This document shows, piece after piece, positions 1 through 36,428 of a stretch of 64,000 nucleotides of DNA. The translations under genes and the position numbers were made by a program. Source of the stretch: Octopus vulgaris (taxonomy: Eukaryota); NCBI GenBank assembly GCA_951406725.2, contig OX597833.1, forward strand, positions 8,742,001 to 8,806,000, in the 5' to 3' direction. The notes under the pieces are model-generated. The model did no database searches and was not told the origin of the DNA. It was given only the letters and a program-made list of their open reading frames with translations. Within the stretch, counting starts at the first letter, position 1. Each line of letters starts with the position of its first letter.

Positions 1-1304
1 TATAATTTATGCATCAAAGCAAACTATCAGCATCAGAGAAATACCTTGCAATATCTGTCACTTTACATTCTGAGATCAAATCCAATCAAGGTCGATTTTG
101 CTTCTCATATCCAGGGGTGGTAGAATGGGTACCTGTAATAAACTGAGGTTGATTGGATCACTCGTTAGAAGTGGTCCTCTGCCTCTGTAAGAAATCATTA
201 ATTAATCATTATTATATAGTCATAATGAATGCAGACATGGCTGTGTTGTTGCAATTATGTGGTTCTGGGTTCAATCCCTCTGCACAGGATGACCCTTAAT
301 AGTTTGTGAGGGTGATTTGGGAAGTGGAAACTGTGAAAAGACCCATTGTGCACAGGTGTGTGTGTTTACATAGTGCTGGTGCCACATATAAAGCTCTCCA
401 GCCTCGCCAGCTCCAGTCAAACCATCCAAACCATACCAGCATGGAAAACAGACATTAAATGATGATGGTGATGATGGTGATGTGTGTGGTTGTGTCTCCT
501 TGTCGTCCTCACATGATGGATGCAAGAAATGTAACTGAGTGTTGCTGTCATATAAGTGGGGGTCCCTTGTTTCCAGTCTTCTTTGAAAACACACCTGGCC
601 CTGGAGAAATATGTCCCCGCTTGAAAACTGGTGAGGATTGGTGACAGAAAAGGTGGGGAGCATTTAGATGTAGAAATCCACCTCAGTAAGTGTTGTCGGG
701 GTTGGGCAAGACCTTAAAACAACGTTGATGATGGGATTGATAAGGGAAGTCCTGGGATTAGTTTGACCAACTGAAGCCTATGGAAGTGTTGCCCCAGCAT
801 GGCTGCAGTCACTGACTGATTATTAGTTAACACACACACACACACACATAATACAGATGCTCCCTTGACAATAACAACACAAACATATACAAGATTTTTA
901 TGATATGAAAGAAGAGAAATTATTTTATTTTATATTTTTGCTGCTTTTATTCTGTTTATTTGAAAAAATTCACTCATTTAAATATTTTGTGCAACATTAT
1001 TAACCTTGTGCTTATTAAGGATCAAATAGCAGGGGCAAATCTAGTCTGTAGGGGCCCCAGGAGCAACAGTAGATTGCTTTTTAAGGCTTCAATGACAAAA
1101 AGTTGGTCAAATCATTAAAACAAAGAAAATAATGTCTTATGGCATTGATTTCTGGCTCTTTACATTCTGAGTTCAAATCCTGCCAAGCTCAACTTTGCCT
1201 TTCATCGTTTCTGGGCCAATAAAATAAAGTACCTGTCAGGTAACCCCATCTCCCATCGAAATTTGTTGGGCCTAAATTGGAAACGTTGCTATTACTATAT
1301 AAGA

Positions 1305-1790
1305 CTGCGAGTTGGCAGAACTGTTAGCAGACCGGACGAAATGTTATGCAGCATTTCTTCTCACTCTTTACGTTCTGAGTTCAAATTCCACCGAGGTCTG
1401 TTTTGCCTTTTATCCACTTAGGCTCACGAAAATAAGTACCAGTTGCATACTGCGGTCAATGTAATCAACTATTCCCTTCCCCCATATTTCAGGCCTTGTG
1501 TCTAAAGCAGAAAGGATTATTATTATTATTATTATTTATTATTAATTATTATTATTATTATAATTATTAAGGTAGCGAATTGGCAGAATCGTTAGCAGAC
1601 TAGGAAAAATGCTTAATGGCATTTCAACCATCTTTACAGTCTGAGTTCAAATTCCACCGAGGTCGACTTTGACTTTTATCCTTTCAGGGTTGATAAATTA
1701 AGGACCAGTGACATCCTGGGGTTGATGTAATTGACTAGCTCCCCCACCCCAAAATTTCAAACCTTGTGCTTTTAGTAAAAAGGAATATCA
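1305..1790 (+). mobile_element. Two tandem tRNA-derived SINE copies with (ATT)n tails
   Basis: A/B-box-like head (tggcagaa..gttagca; gagttcaaattcc) plus conserved gtcgactttgcctttcatcctttcggggtcgat core; family also at ~1130-1290, 12280-12440, 13350-13530, 16612-16840, 39060-39165(-), 51730-51830(-). Confidence 0.75.
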
Positions 1791-1842
1791 TCATCATTAT
1801 TATTATTATTATTATTTGTTGATTTTATGAAAGTTGTATTGA

Positions 1843-23671
<21,829 letters not shown>

Positions 23672-23744
23672 CCAGTAGGGACCAACAACACATCATCAAC
23701 GTCTCATCCTGAGCATTCCATAATTGGTGGGGTGGGGAGCACAG

Positions 23745-24110
23745 CTGCTGCTGCGCTGCAATACCACTGCTGCTGCACTCCAATACCACTGCTGCAGCAC
23801 TCCAATACCACTGCTGCTACAACACTCCAGTACCTCTGCTATTGCACTCTGATACCACTGCTGCAACACTCTAATAACACTACTGTGACACTCAGGTGCT
23901 GCTGTTGCAACACTCCAATACCACTGCTGCCAGGCTGCTATGATATTACAATACCACTGCTGTAACACTACCAAACTGTTATAGTAATGCTACGATACCA
24001 CTACAATACTGCTGCCATACCACTGCTAAAAATACTGCAATAGCACTTCTGTAACACTAGAATGCCACATTTACAACACTGACAACCATAAAACTGCAAT
24101 GTTACAAGCA
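23745..24110. repeat. Degenerate tandem repeat (actccaataccactgctgc-like) in NSMAF 3' UTR
   Basis: Recurrent caataccactgct units decaying toward 3'. Confidence 0.7.
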
Positions 24111-24219
24111 CACCATTATGATATCAAGTTTCCCATCTTAATGCTGTTGCTATGACCACTTTGACATCAGCTCCTACCCCCACCTCTCTCCCACATCTGT
24201 GATTAATTACTTTAATTAA

Positions 24220-24225
24220 AATAAA
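24220..24225 (+). terminator. Candidate polyadenylation signal of NSMAF
   Basis: First AATAAA noticed after the stop codon, followed by T/GT-rich sequence. Confidence 0.5.
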
Positions 24226-24359
24226 AAAGTTATTCTATTCTTTAAATTTGTTTTGTTTTCATTAATTTCACAATCTACCCCCCACCCTACCCCCCACGCC
24301 ATTTGATCTCTGTAACATAACACAATAAGATGTTGCCCTGATGGTCTGAGAAGCATCCA

Positions 24360-24964
24360 TAATCAACAACAATGATGAAAAGAAATGGGGCGAGTGTGTC
24401 TCCCTGCAGTATTCCGGCCTCGATCGAGAAAGATGATGTTTCTCCATCAGGGGTTAAGATGGTTGAAGACGTATCTGTGTAGAGGACCTTGATGGCAGAA
24501 ATAATTTTGTCTGGTATCCCATAGAGCTTAAGGATTTCAAACATCTTGCACCTATCTACAGAATCGAACGCTTTAGAAAAGTCTACAAATACCATTGCAA
24601 GATCGCGATTAAATGCTTTTGATTCTTCAATAAGTCTGCTCAAAATCTCTCGTGGAGGCGCCATCCAACTAAAATGCAAATATATGGGAAATTACCACCT
24701 GTGTCATCTCTTGTGAAGGGTAGGAGAGTCCAGTTTGCTGGACATTGTTGTAGAGCTGAAAAAGAAGTAATTTCTACTCTTCTCCTCTGGAAGCCATCTA
24801 CTCGCAACACCAGAGGGCGCACACTCTCCTACCCTGATGTAATCTCCAGGGATACAGGCATCCAGCAACAGGACCTCCGTAATGCTATGATGGACCGTGA
24901 AGTCTGACGCAACATGGTAAATTCCATTGTCTCGACCACGGTCGAACAATGATGATGATGATGA
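24360..24964. mobile_element. LINE insertion with 5' inversion, (GAT)n tail and 13-bp TSD
   Basis: Minus-strand RT (FVDFSKAFDS, GILQGDTLAPFLF) at 24360-~24640 joined to a plus-strand 3' end (RRVQFAGHC) and tail; TSD tgagaagcatcca at 24347-24359 and 24965-24977. Confidence 0.88.
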
Positions 24965-25212
24965 TGAGAAGCATCCAATAACACTTGGAACATCCAATGT
25001 AGAGAGGTTCCAACTAACCACAATGGTGAAACAGCTGTTGGGACAAATAACATAAACTTGTATTTCTCATAATCTCTCTTCAATTTGGCCTGAATTTCAC
25101 GACGGTTGCGTCCAACAGTAACATAAGAAGACTGGACGATGACAACAATCTGTATTGGAGTTCTAAACCCAACAGCAGCAGTCGGACATCTTATGATACA
25201 CACACATACACA

Positions 25213-25424
25213 CAAGGGGTGCTGAAAAGTTCCTAGCGTTGGGTAAAAGAATATATAGGAGGACCAGTTAATTATGACTCTATTCAACATATTCCCCTCT
25301 CAGATTCACTCATTGCAGCAATCCTTCAGATTTTCTAAGCCCTGTAAAAGAACTTAGAAAGTTGGGCTACCAAGCAGGCTTTTTATGATACCCTTAAAGT
25401 GAGGAACTTCTCAGCATTCTCTTG
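25213..25424. mobile_element. Mariner-type MITE
   Basis: TIRs caaggggtgctgaaaagttcct / aggaacttctcagcattctcttg. Confidence 0.6.
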
Positions 25425-26409
25425 TATACACATGTGTTGAGTTTAACCTTAGGCACAGTAAGAGACAGGGATGAAAATTAAGATGTTCTGTATCAAAATT
25501 CAAAATCACTGGTGATCTGACTTTGTTCGCTAGGGAACTTATCTCCTTTGTCAGTCATTAAGATAGTGTGTTTTGACTCTTATTTCTAGCAGTGCTGGTA
25601 CCACTTTGTATCCTGTGTCACTTTAGTGATGCCTGTGAATTTGCCTTTGGATTGTTAAATTGCTAATAAGCCACTCATATTATATATATATAGGTTATGA
25701 GAGGTAATGGTGTCAGGTAATGCTGAGTAAGTGCTATGGACAGACCATAGTTAAGTTCCAGGTTTGGGGATTATGCAAATAAGGGGTCCAACGTAGGTCA
25801 CATATCAGCATGTGTATATATAAATTCTTTTTTTTTTTTCAGAATGAAATTTTAAAAAACCCCAAGGCTTTTATAAATGTTCTAAAATCAACCCAGCCTT
25901 GGGTTTTTTTTAATCTCATTACGGAAAAAATTTATATCATCATCATCATCATCGTTTAACGTCTGCTTTTCATGCTAGCATGGGTTGGACGGTTTTGACT
26001 GAGGGCTGGCGAACCAGATGGCTGCACCAGGCTCCAATCTTGATCTGGCAGAGTTTCTACAGCTGGATGCCCTTCCTAACGCCAACCACTCCGAGTGTGT
26101 AGTGGGTGCTTCTATGTGCCACCGGCACGGGGGCCAGTCAGGCGGTTATGGCAATGACCTCGCTTGAATCTTTTTACATATGCCACTGGCACAGGTGCCA
26201 GTAAGGCAACGCTGGTACCAATCACACTCGAATGGTGCCATATATATATATATATAGGAGTAAATGTAAGGATAAGCAATTTAGGCAAGTCCTATGGCAA
26301 TAATCTGCTTGTTTAAGAAAACTAAATGTTTGTGTGTTTGTGTATGTTTGAATATTTTGTCTCTCATGAAAGTTGATGGCACATTTGCTTTCCACTGCCA
26401 TTTATAGCC

Positions 26410-26455
<46 letters not shown>

Positions 26456-26899
26456 CCCCATTGCCTAACATCCTACCAATGATAGCAATAGAGGCATAAC
26501 AAACCCCATCAGAGACTTGCCTAGGCTGCTTCTCCTTACATTTATTCCTCAACCTGCTCAAGTTTGAATCTCTTGAGCATTATGAAGTGTCTTCTATACA
26601 GAGAATACTTGTCTCTAATCTATCCACATATATACATATTGTTAATGTTTGTTTTTATTGTGCAGTTCTAATAAAAACAATTTTGCTTTGACCTGAATAG
26701 TTACTCTGTAGTTTTGTAGAGTACAAATTTATCATTCTTAAACAAGAATACCATTGACCGTGTGACGATGGTTTAACTGGTCAAAACTTTGAAGTCCCTT
26801 CCAATAATATGCTTGTTTAACAATAATGAAAATGAGTGTGTGTATGTATGTGAATATTTCATCTCATTAAAGTTTATGGCCTGTTTGCTTGCCACTGCC

Positions 26900-26947
<48 letters not shown>

Positions 26948-27199
26948 GATGGCAATAAAAAGACAAAACACCCATCAGAAATGTTACTGGAATTAAGAAT
27001 ACTTATTGATGGATAATAGTTGTAAACTACATCTTTTTGTGAGAATTTCAGAATAAATAAATGAATTACAGGTAAATTAAACGAGAGGACAAACCTCATA
27101 ATGTGTAAATCTGGCAACTGCTGGCAAACCATGGCACAGTTTTTCTTATTTCTCACAGATGTTGCTGTACATTAATGGACCCACCACGAAGTCGGCATT

Positions 27200-28062
27200 C
27201 CCTTGAAGTCAAGAACTTTCTACGAGATAACTTGTTTAGGGCTGCAGATCAGACATTTGGCTGGAGTGAAGGCCCAGCCCAGTGAATATATTACATGGTG
27301 GTGGATTATTATGGGTGATAGGGTAATAAAGGTTTGGAAAACCTGCAAGGTAGGTAATGGTAAGGAGTATTATCAAGTGGTTAAGAGAGCTGCTAAGGGA
27401 CAGGTACGTTTCGCTAGGGACAAGGAAGAAACTCGTTCCTGTCTTGCCATGTGAGGGTTCAAGTTGTGAAGTGTTCAGGATGGAAAGGTGAGAACTGTGA
27501 TGTCACGGGTAAGAAGTGTATTTGGAAGGAGAATGGTATATCTGCCATCGATGTGGAATTGCTGGTGTATGTGGGAAACACACAAGATAGAGAAGGACTA
27601 CAATCTACTCACCATACAGAGGGACCGGCAATTCAAGTTGACCGGAGAATGGGAGAAAGCTGTAGAGATGCTTAAAATATCCGGTAAGGTAGGACACATG
27701 GCTAATTAATGAAGTCATACAAGAAGGTGTCATACCCAAAGACCGAAAAAACAGTGTCACTGGAAACTGCTACAAGGTCAAAGGTGATGCCTGAGAGAGA
27801 TTTTGAAACAACTGGATCAAATTATGAAGGTCAGAGAGAAAGAGTTCTGGCACAATTGATTTGTGCTGGAACAGGTACCACAGATGCACTATTCCTAGTG
27901 AGGCAACTATAGTAGAAACACTTGGCTAAGAGTACAGAATTATTCCTGACATTCCTTGTCTTAGAGACAGTGTCTGACAGGGTACTGTAGACTATAATGT
28001 GGTAGGCACGAAGGAAAGTAAATGTTGACAAATGGCTTGTGAGGATCGTACAAGTTATGTGC
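27200..28062 (+). mobile_element. Highly decayed RTE LINE
   Basis: GTTDALFLVRQL..KHLAK and RKVNVDKWLVRIVQVM are similar to the RTE at 35-36 kb. Confidence 0.7.
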
Positions 28063-28649
28063 AGCTGTCCATGTCACACCTGACAGCCTTTATAGTGGTC
28101 ACAGAGAGTTGAGCAGCAGTGAAGACGTTGGCATTTGAGTGCCAAGCACAAATCATCACGATGATGCCGGTAACTCTCTTCCAATATTCAATTGGCTTCC
28201 AGTCCTCCATGTCAGCCAACTTTTTCTCAACTACAACTTTTAATCTTTGTTTTCCAATTCTGTTGATGGTTCATCAATGCATGAAACTGTCCTGAAAAAA
28301 GGAGACAAAAAGATTGGGAAGTTTAACCCACACACCCTGTATAATACACACACACACACTCACAAACACACACATACACACAAACACACTCACAAAAACA
28401 CATACACAAACACACACACAGATGTGTGAGTATGTTTCTTTTATTTCACACTTCAATCATCAGACTGCAGCCTTCCAGGGGTCAATTAACTGATCCTTTT
28501 ATTTATTTTGTTTGTAATCTTTTATCAATCCCTTTTTGCCAAACTACTAAGGTATGGGGACTGTGGGATTGCAGCGCCCCCTATTTCCACTCGATATCAT
28601 TCATAACATTTAATATAATGAATCCTTTTTTCTTTATACTTGTACATTA

Positions 28650-28811
28650 GGCATAGGAGCGGCTTTGTGGTAAGTAGCTTTCTAACCAGCCACATGGTTC
28701 TGGGTTCAATCCCACTGCATGGCATCTTGGGCAAGTGTCTTCTACTATAGTCTTGGGTCAACCAAAGCCTTGTGAGTGGATTTGGTTGACGGAAATTGAA
28801 AGATGCCCGTC

Positions 28812-28842
<31 letters not shown>

Positions 28843-29090
28843 TATATAGATAGATAGATATGTATGTGTGTGTGTATATGTTTGTGTGTCAATGTTCATC
28901 CCCCCAAACTTCACTTGACAACCGATGCTGGTGTGTTTACATCCCCTTAACTTAGCGGTTCGGCAAAAGAGACCGATAGAATAAGTACTAGGCTTACAAA
29001 GAATAAGTCCTGGGGTCGATTTGCTCGACTAAAGGCAGTGCTCCAGCATGGCCACAGTCAAATGACTGAAACAAGTAAAAGAGAGAATAA
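28650..29090 (+). mobile_element. Full-length tRNA-derived SINE with internal (AT)/(GT) microsatellite
   Basis: gtggtaag...gggttcaatccc A/B boxes, ttgggcaagtgtcttc core, 3' aaggcagtgctccagcatggcc; fragments also at ~230-370, 3160-3240, 10520-10660, 29740-29880(-). Confidence 0.8.
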
Positions 29091-31034
29091 GATTATCATC
29101 TAATCCTCCAGCTTAATGTCAATAGCCATTCCCTAGTTTATGCAAAACAATACAAAAATCCTTGTATAAAACTGTGCCCTTCACAGATCCAGCGATGTGG
29201 TGTTTGGACGCTGTGCACATGCTCACATGTCTGAGATAGGAAGCTTCACACTAAGAAGGGAGAGCACTGCATGAACGACAGTGCCAGGGAAAGGTAGCGT
29301 TTCTTTTGGACTCTCCACATGGGTTGGGCTTAAAAACGTGTTTTATATTCTTGAAGGGGATAAAGTGTAGAATTAGATTATTATCCTGTTTCCAGCTTCG
29401 GTATTACTACCAGGATTTGAAAAAGGGGGCAAATCCCCCACCCCGCCAGTATTTTGTGATTTAGGGAGGATTTGTGAAAAACAAGGGAGGATTTGCAGCA
29501 GTGTTCAGTGAACAAATTAAACACACTTCCTGGCAGTGGCTAAAATGTGAACTGACCAAGTTTACGTATAAATTTTCTTTTTATCTGTTTGTTTCTTTTT
29601 ACGCAATATTAAAACAACGGCTAAAAACTTTCTGAACCAGAACCCTGAATAATTTTACCTACAAGCTGCCACTGATGGGGACATCAACTAACCAACACTG
29701 GTTGTCAAATGGTGCCGGTGGAAGACACATAAAAACAACAGGCTTCTTTCAGTTTCCATCTCCCTAATCCACACACAAGGCTCTGACTGACCCAAGGCAA
29801 TAGTAAAAAACACTTTCCCAATGCGTCATGCAGTGGGATTGAACTGAGAGGCATGCAGTTGGAAAGCGAACATCTTACCAGCCACCCACCCCGTCTGTCT
29901 GTCCTCTCTCTCTCTCTCTCTCTCCATGTGTGTGTGTGTGTGTGTGTGTGTGTGGTTATGAGGAGGCACTTGGCTTAGTGGATAGGGTATGTAGTGGATC
30001 ATGCAGGCATAGCATGGATTCGATCCTTGATAACCGAATTTAAATGAACAGTTCAACAACACTTTCTCACGGTAAAACAATAGTTTTTCTGTGAGTTACA
30101 GCAGTTACATTTGCCAGATGCCTTAGCTAAGCAAAATAATATCTTTGCCACTTGACCCTTCTAACCTCTTCTATTTCACCAATAGCTAGAATAGAGATAT
30201 CACAGACCTCCAATGAAATCTATTGTTCTCAACACTATGTCCACCTTTCTGACTAATTTTGGATAGTTATAAAAACAAGAACTCCTAAGCAAAAGTTAGT
30301 GAGTAACCAGTTGGTAAGAGCGACCATAAGTTATTGAACAGACCACTAGAGTCATAGCCACAAGCAGGCAGCGACTAGAAACCAAAAGGCCACAATTTCT
30401 TTATTCGCCTATAAAAGGCATAAATAGAAGGTACAGAAAGTTACAATCAGCAAATTTGAGACCCAACTTCTCTCAACTCTCTCACTTTCTTTCTCTCTAC
30501 ATTACCATATCTCTCTCTGTGGTTTACTACTACAACAAGAACGTGTACACACATACTGGCCGAAATGAACTCTTTTTAACCTCGGATGCTTTTCCATTTA
30601 ATAGTTATACATATCAACCCATCGTGGTTTTGGATATATACAACGTGACGGTAAATAGATATCTCTTCCTTCATTCTCTGTTCTTCCTTTATCTTACATT
30701 ATGGCAATCAACTAACAGCAAACCATTACAAACTATACTACCCTCAACTTCAACAAAGAAATCAACCATTACAAATTAATCACTGCCGTTACAGGTATAT
30801 TGTATCCATGATCATAAGACTGTGGTTTTGATTCCTGAACAAGGTGGGACATTGTGTTCTTGATCGAGACACTTCATTTTGCATTGCTCCTCCATTCTAC
30901 TCAGCAGGCACAAGGGAGTCATTCGGTGATGGACCAGCATCCCATCCAGTGGAGAGGAGTTGATTATATATGAAACAGAATCTGAGAAATGGACTTTATG
31001 ACCCTATCACTTGACAAGATCTGTTCATCCTTTC

Positions 31035-31212
31035 ATATATATATATATCATATGATATAATATATATATATAAAATAATATAATATATATAATATAATAT
31101 AATATAATATTATATATATATATATATATATAATATAATATAATATAATATAATATATATATGTATATATATATATATATATATATAATATAATATAATA
31201 TAATATAATATA

Positions 31213-31288
<76 letters not shown>

Positions 31289-31352
31289 ATATAATATAAT
31301 ATAATATAATATAATATATATATATATATATAATATAATATAATATAATATA

Positions 31353-31386
<34 letters not shown>
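31035..31386. repeat. Compound (AT)n/(ATAAT)n microsatellite
   Basis: Almost pure A/T tract. Confidence 0.95.
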
Positions 31387-31501
31387 GTCTAAACTTCCTA
31401 TATTATTATTTATATATTTCGTTATAGTTTTAAGTATCGCTGCTTGTCGGGTGGAGACCGAGGTATTTATTTCACTGACAGAAACTAAGAAGGATAAAAA
31501 A

Positions 31502-31606
31502 GAAAGAGAAAGAAACGTTTGAACTGTTTCCCGTTTCATTTCCTTATTTCCTCGCTGTTAACCTGATTCCATCAAAGTCTTTCTTCGCACTTGTCCGCTT
31601 TATAAA
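31502..31606 (+). promoter_or_regulatory. Putative promoter with IRF/ISRE-like and ETS-IRF composite motifs plus TATA box (repeated at 46258-46362 and 60139-60243)
   Basis: GAAAGAGAAA (GAAAnnGAAA) at 31502-31511; gtttcatttcc, rc GGAAATGAAAC (EICE-type), at 31533-31543; tttcccgtttc; TATAAA at 31601-31606, 30 nt before the ATG. Confidence 0.5.
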
Positions 31607-31635
31607 TTCTTTCCTGACACAACTTAAGCGACGAG

Positions 31636-31677
31636 ATGGAAACAGACTTCCTTCGACAAATGGTCAACTTGACACTC
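31636..31677 (+). CDS. TPR-TIR gene copy 1, coding exon 1 (METDFLRQMVNLTL)
   Basis: gagATGG start context, 14 codons, consensus GTAAGT donor at phase 0 matching the phase-0 acceptor at 40049/40050; retained in all three units. Confidence 0.75.
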
Positions 31678-31918
31678 GTAAGTATAGAATCAATCAATCA
31701 ATCAATCAATTTATATCGGTTATTGTTCACAACTTGTTTACAACTTGACCCGGAAAAGAAAATGAGAAAAAAATACTGGAATGGGTGTAAAAAACATGTG
31801 TAGGAAACGAATATGCGGGCAAAGTAACGGGAAGGTGGGGAGAGGAACTCGGAAAATTCACAAGATCCGAGTTTCTCCTTTTTAACTTTAAGGAAAATGG
31901 GTTTTTTTTTCTATGAAA

Positions 31919-32285
31919 TCTCTCTCTCTCTAAAGCTGAAGTTGTTTGGGTGTGGCAGGTTTGGTAGCCTTCAACTAACACTATCTCCTCTGAGACCAAA
32001 ATTGAGAGTATGATAGAAGAAGGCTTGCTCTTCCATCCGTAGAAGAAAAAATTCAAATCGGACCATGTTAACACCAAAAATTATTTACACCAAAATGGTA
32101 CTTTTTTTTTCTATGAAAATCCCTATTTTTTACGATTTTTTTACTGCTGTGTCACCATTTTTCGGTGTATTTCAACCAGAAAAATGTTCACTCAAAGAGA
32201 ATAACAAGCTAAATTTTTACTTTTAAAAAAATTCTAATTCTAAAGGGTCGAAACAAACCCGAGCAACGCCGGGCGATACTGCTAG
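31919..32285 (+). mobile_element. Non-autonomous Helitron (second copy at 60557-60922)
   Basis: 5' TC; 3' hairpin cccgagcaacgccggg followed by CTAG; inserted between A and T without TSD; related empty site atgaaA|Ttttatatataaatacctttcc at ~51116-51143. Confidence 0.85.
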
Positions 32286-33535
32286 TATATTATATAAATA
32301 CCTTTCAAACTGCCTACATTACGTTACCGATTGTTCTTGTGTGAGAAAGGCCATCATAAACGGCGATGGAAGAATACAGCATGCCGGGTGTCCCTTGAAA
32401 GTGAAGCGAGGAAGTCAGGGAACTGGATGGAATGCGGACATAACAGAGAACGACTGTCCGAGGAAGCGAGTGAATTCAGCCAAATCACAGACTGAGTAAA
32501 ACTGTAAACTGACAGTGTCGCTTGAGCCCACCTTGAAGTCCAGAAATGCATGTTTTAACTAAAGCTAATACAGACATGCTACAGGTGTGAAACTGTATAT
32601 TGACGGGAAAATGTCGGGTCCTGTGAATTTTCCGAAACTCCTCTCTCTAACCCCTCGGAAATGTTTTCAAACAAATCTATTACACACACTTAATCTTCAG
32701 GATTATTTGGTGAAAGTTTAGTTAAAAAGTATCCACTTTTCTGGAAGTTACGAGGCAACAAAATCGGTGGGGTATTAAACTGTAGTTATGCCTTTGACAA
32801 TAAAAGTTACCGTAAACGGATTAACGTTAACTTTGTTACATTTTCCAAGAATTAACGGATTGGGTTAGTTTTTAGGATTTGACCCGGGTTAATGTTTACA
32901 CCTAACCACCTTTTCATATTCGTTTCCTACACTTTTTTTGACGCCCATTTCACTATTTTTTGTCTGATTTGCGTTTCCGGGTCAAGTTGTATAAATTTTC
33001 TTTTTATATGTTTGTTTCCTTTTACCCAATGTTAAAACAACGGCTAAAAACTTTCTGAAGCAGCAACCCCGACTAATTTCATCCACGAACCACCACTGGT
33101 GCCCGGTCACCAAAACAAAATAAAAAAAAACCAGTCTAATAGGTGTACAAAAAACGTGTAGGAAACAAATTATATGGAAACAATAATTTGTGCAAATGAA
33201 TAGGGTGTGGGTGGTGGTAGGGCTTTCGGAAAATTCACACAATCCGATTTTTCCCCTCTTAACTTTCAGGGAAACATTTTCCCCCGCAGATTTCTTTATA
33301 ATCGTAATCTATGCCATTTGAAAGGTGCTTCTGTAAGATTTCATCGAAAGATATCCATATTCCGCCCATTGGATGCCTGCTGAGCCCAGGGTCAGCTTCT
33401 TTACAATCCTCTGTTGTTCAGCAGCCACTCTCCACACTGCATCTTCTTAACCCACCTTGGGCCCAACATCCATTCTCAGCTTGCCAACCTGCTGGTATGT
33501 ATGTGTTTATGCATATGCAAATCCTCCACTCTTAA

Positions 33536-33750
33536 CCCATTAATGCCCACCACCAACATTTTTGAATTCTTTACTTTGTTATGCTCACATGAATCTAGCA
33601 CAATGTATAAATGATCAAAGCATGGCTTTGATGCCAAATATGGTCAGAAAAATTATTATTCTTTATCTTCAGAAAGTTTTTTGATGCCCAAATTTATGAA
33701 ATTATTTTAAATGAATATTTTCATTAAAAAAAAAAAGGGCATTAATGGAT
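33536..33750. mobile_element. piggyBac-like MITE (copy at ~62174-62388)
   Basis: ttaa-cccattaatgccc ... gggcattaatgga-tttaa. Confidence 0.6.
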
Positions 33751-34033
33751 TTTAAAAAGGTACAGATAGGGTGTATGGAAAGACGAGTATATATAAATAT
33801 ATATATATATGTATATATATATATGTATATATATATATGTATATATATATATATGTATATATATATATGTATATATATATATGTATATATATATATATGT
33901 ATATATATATATGTATATATATATATGTATATATATATATGTATATATATATGTAGGTACTGTAAATTTAGGGAGAATACTTGATAAGTGTAAGCACCTG
34001 TATATGCCAGATAGTGGCAGAGGTGTATGTATG

Positions 34034-34065
<32 letters not shown>

Positions 34066-34285
34066 ATACTACAAAATGAGAAAATGGAGAAACATACTTA
34101 AATCAATCAAACATCAACCATCAGATGATACCCAATCAATACTTTATTACACCATTACATAAGAGTAAAGGCATTATACAAAATATATTGTAAATATAAT
34201 TAGACAAGGAAATAGAAATATAAAATATAAAATATAATATGTAATTATATCATATCATGGTGGGTTGAATTTTCAACCCCTATCT

Positions 34286-36428
<2,143 letters not shown>

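Noticed and set aside
28064-28295. Minus-strand segment with an acceptor-like site and MEDWKPIEYWKRVTGIIVMICAWHSN...
   Set aside because: May be a Tc1/mariner transposase N-terminal relic, but it is too short and degenerate to support a call.
29188-29293. Possible isolated exon (cttcacag ... aaag/gtagc)
   Set aside because: No recognisable protein similarity and no partner exons; outside the duplicated unit.
31025-31539. Long Y/I-, C/V- or S/L-rich ORFs (also at 3970-4452, 16981-17518, 33745-34066, 42387-44012, 56062-57960)
   Set aside because: Translations of microsatellite and low-complexity DNA, except where they overlap the real exons listed.
32354-32551. 65-aa ORF present three times (also 50713, 60991)
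   Set aside because: Conservation reflects recent duplication of an intronic segment; no recognisable domain or splice support.
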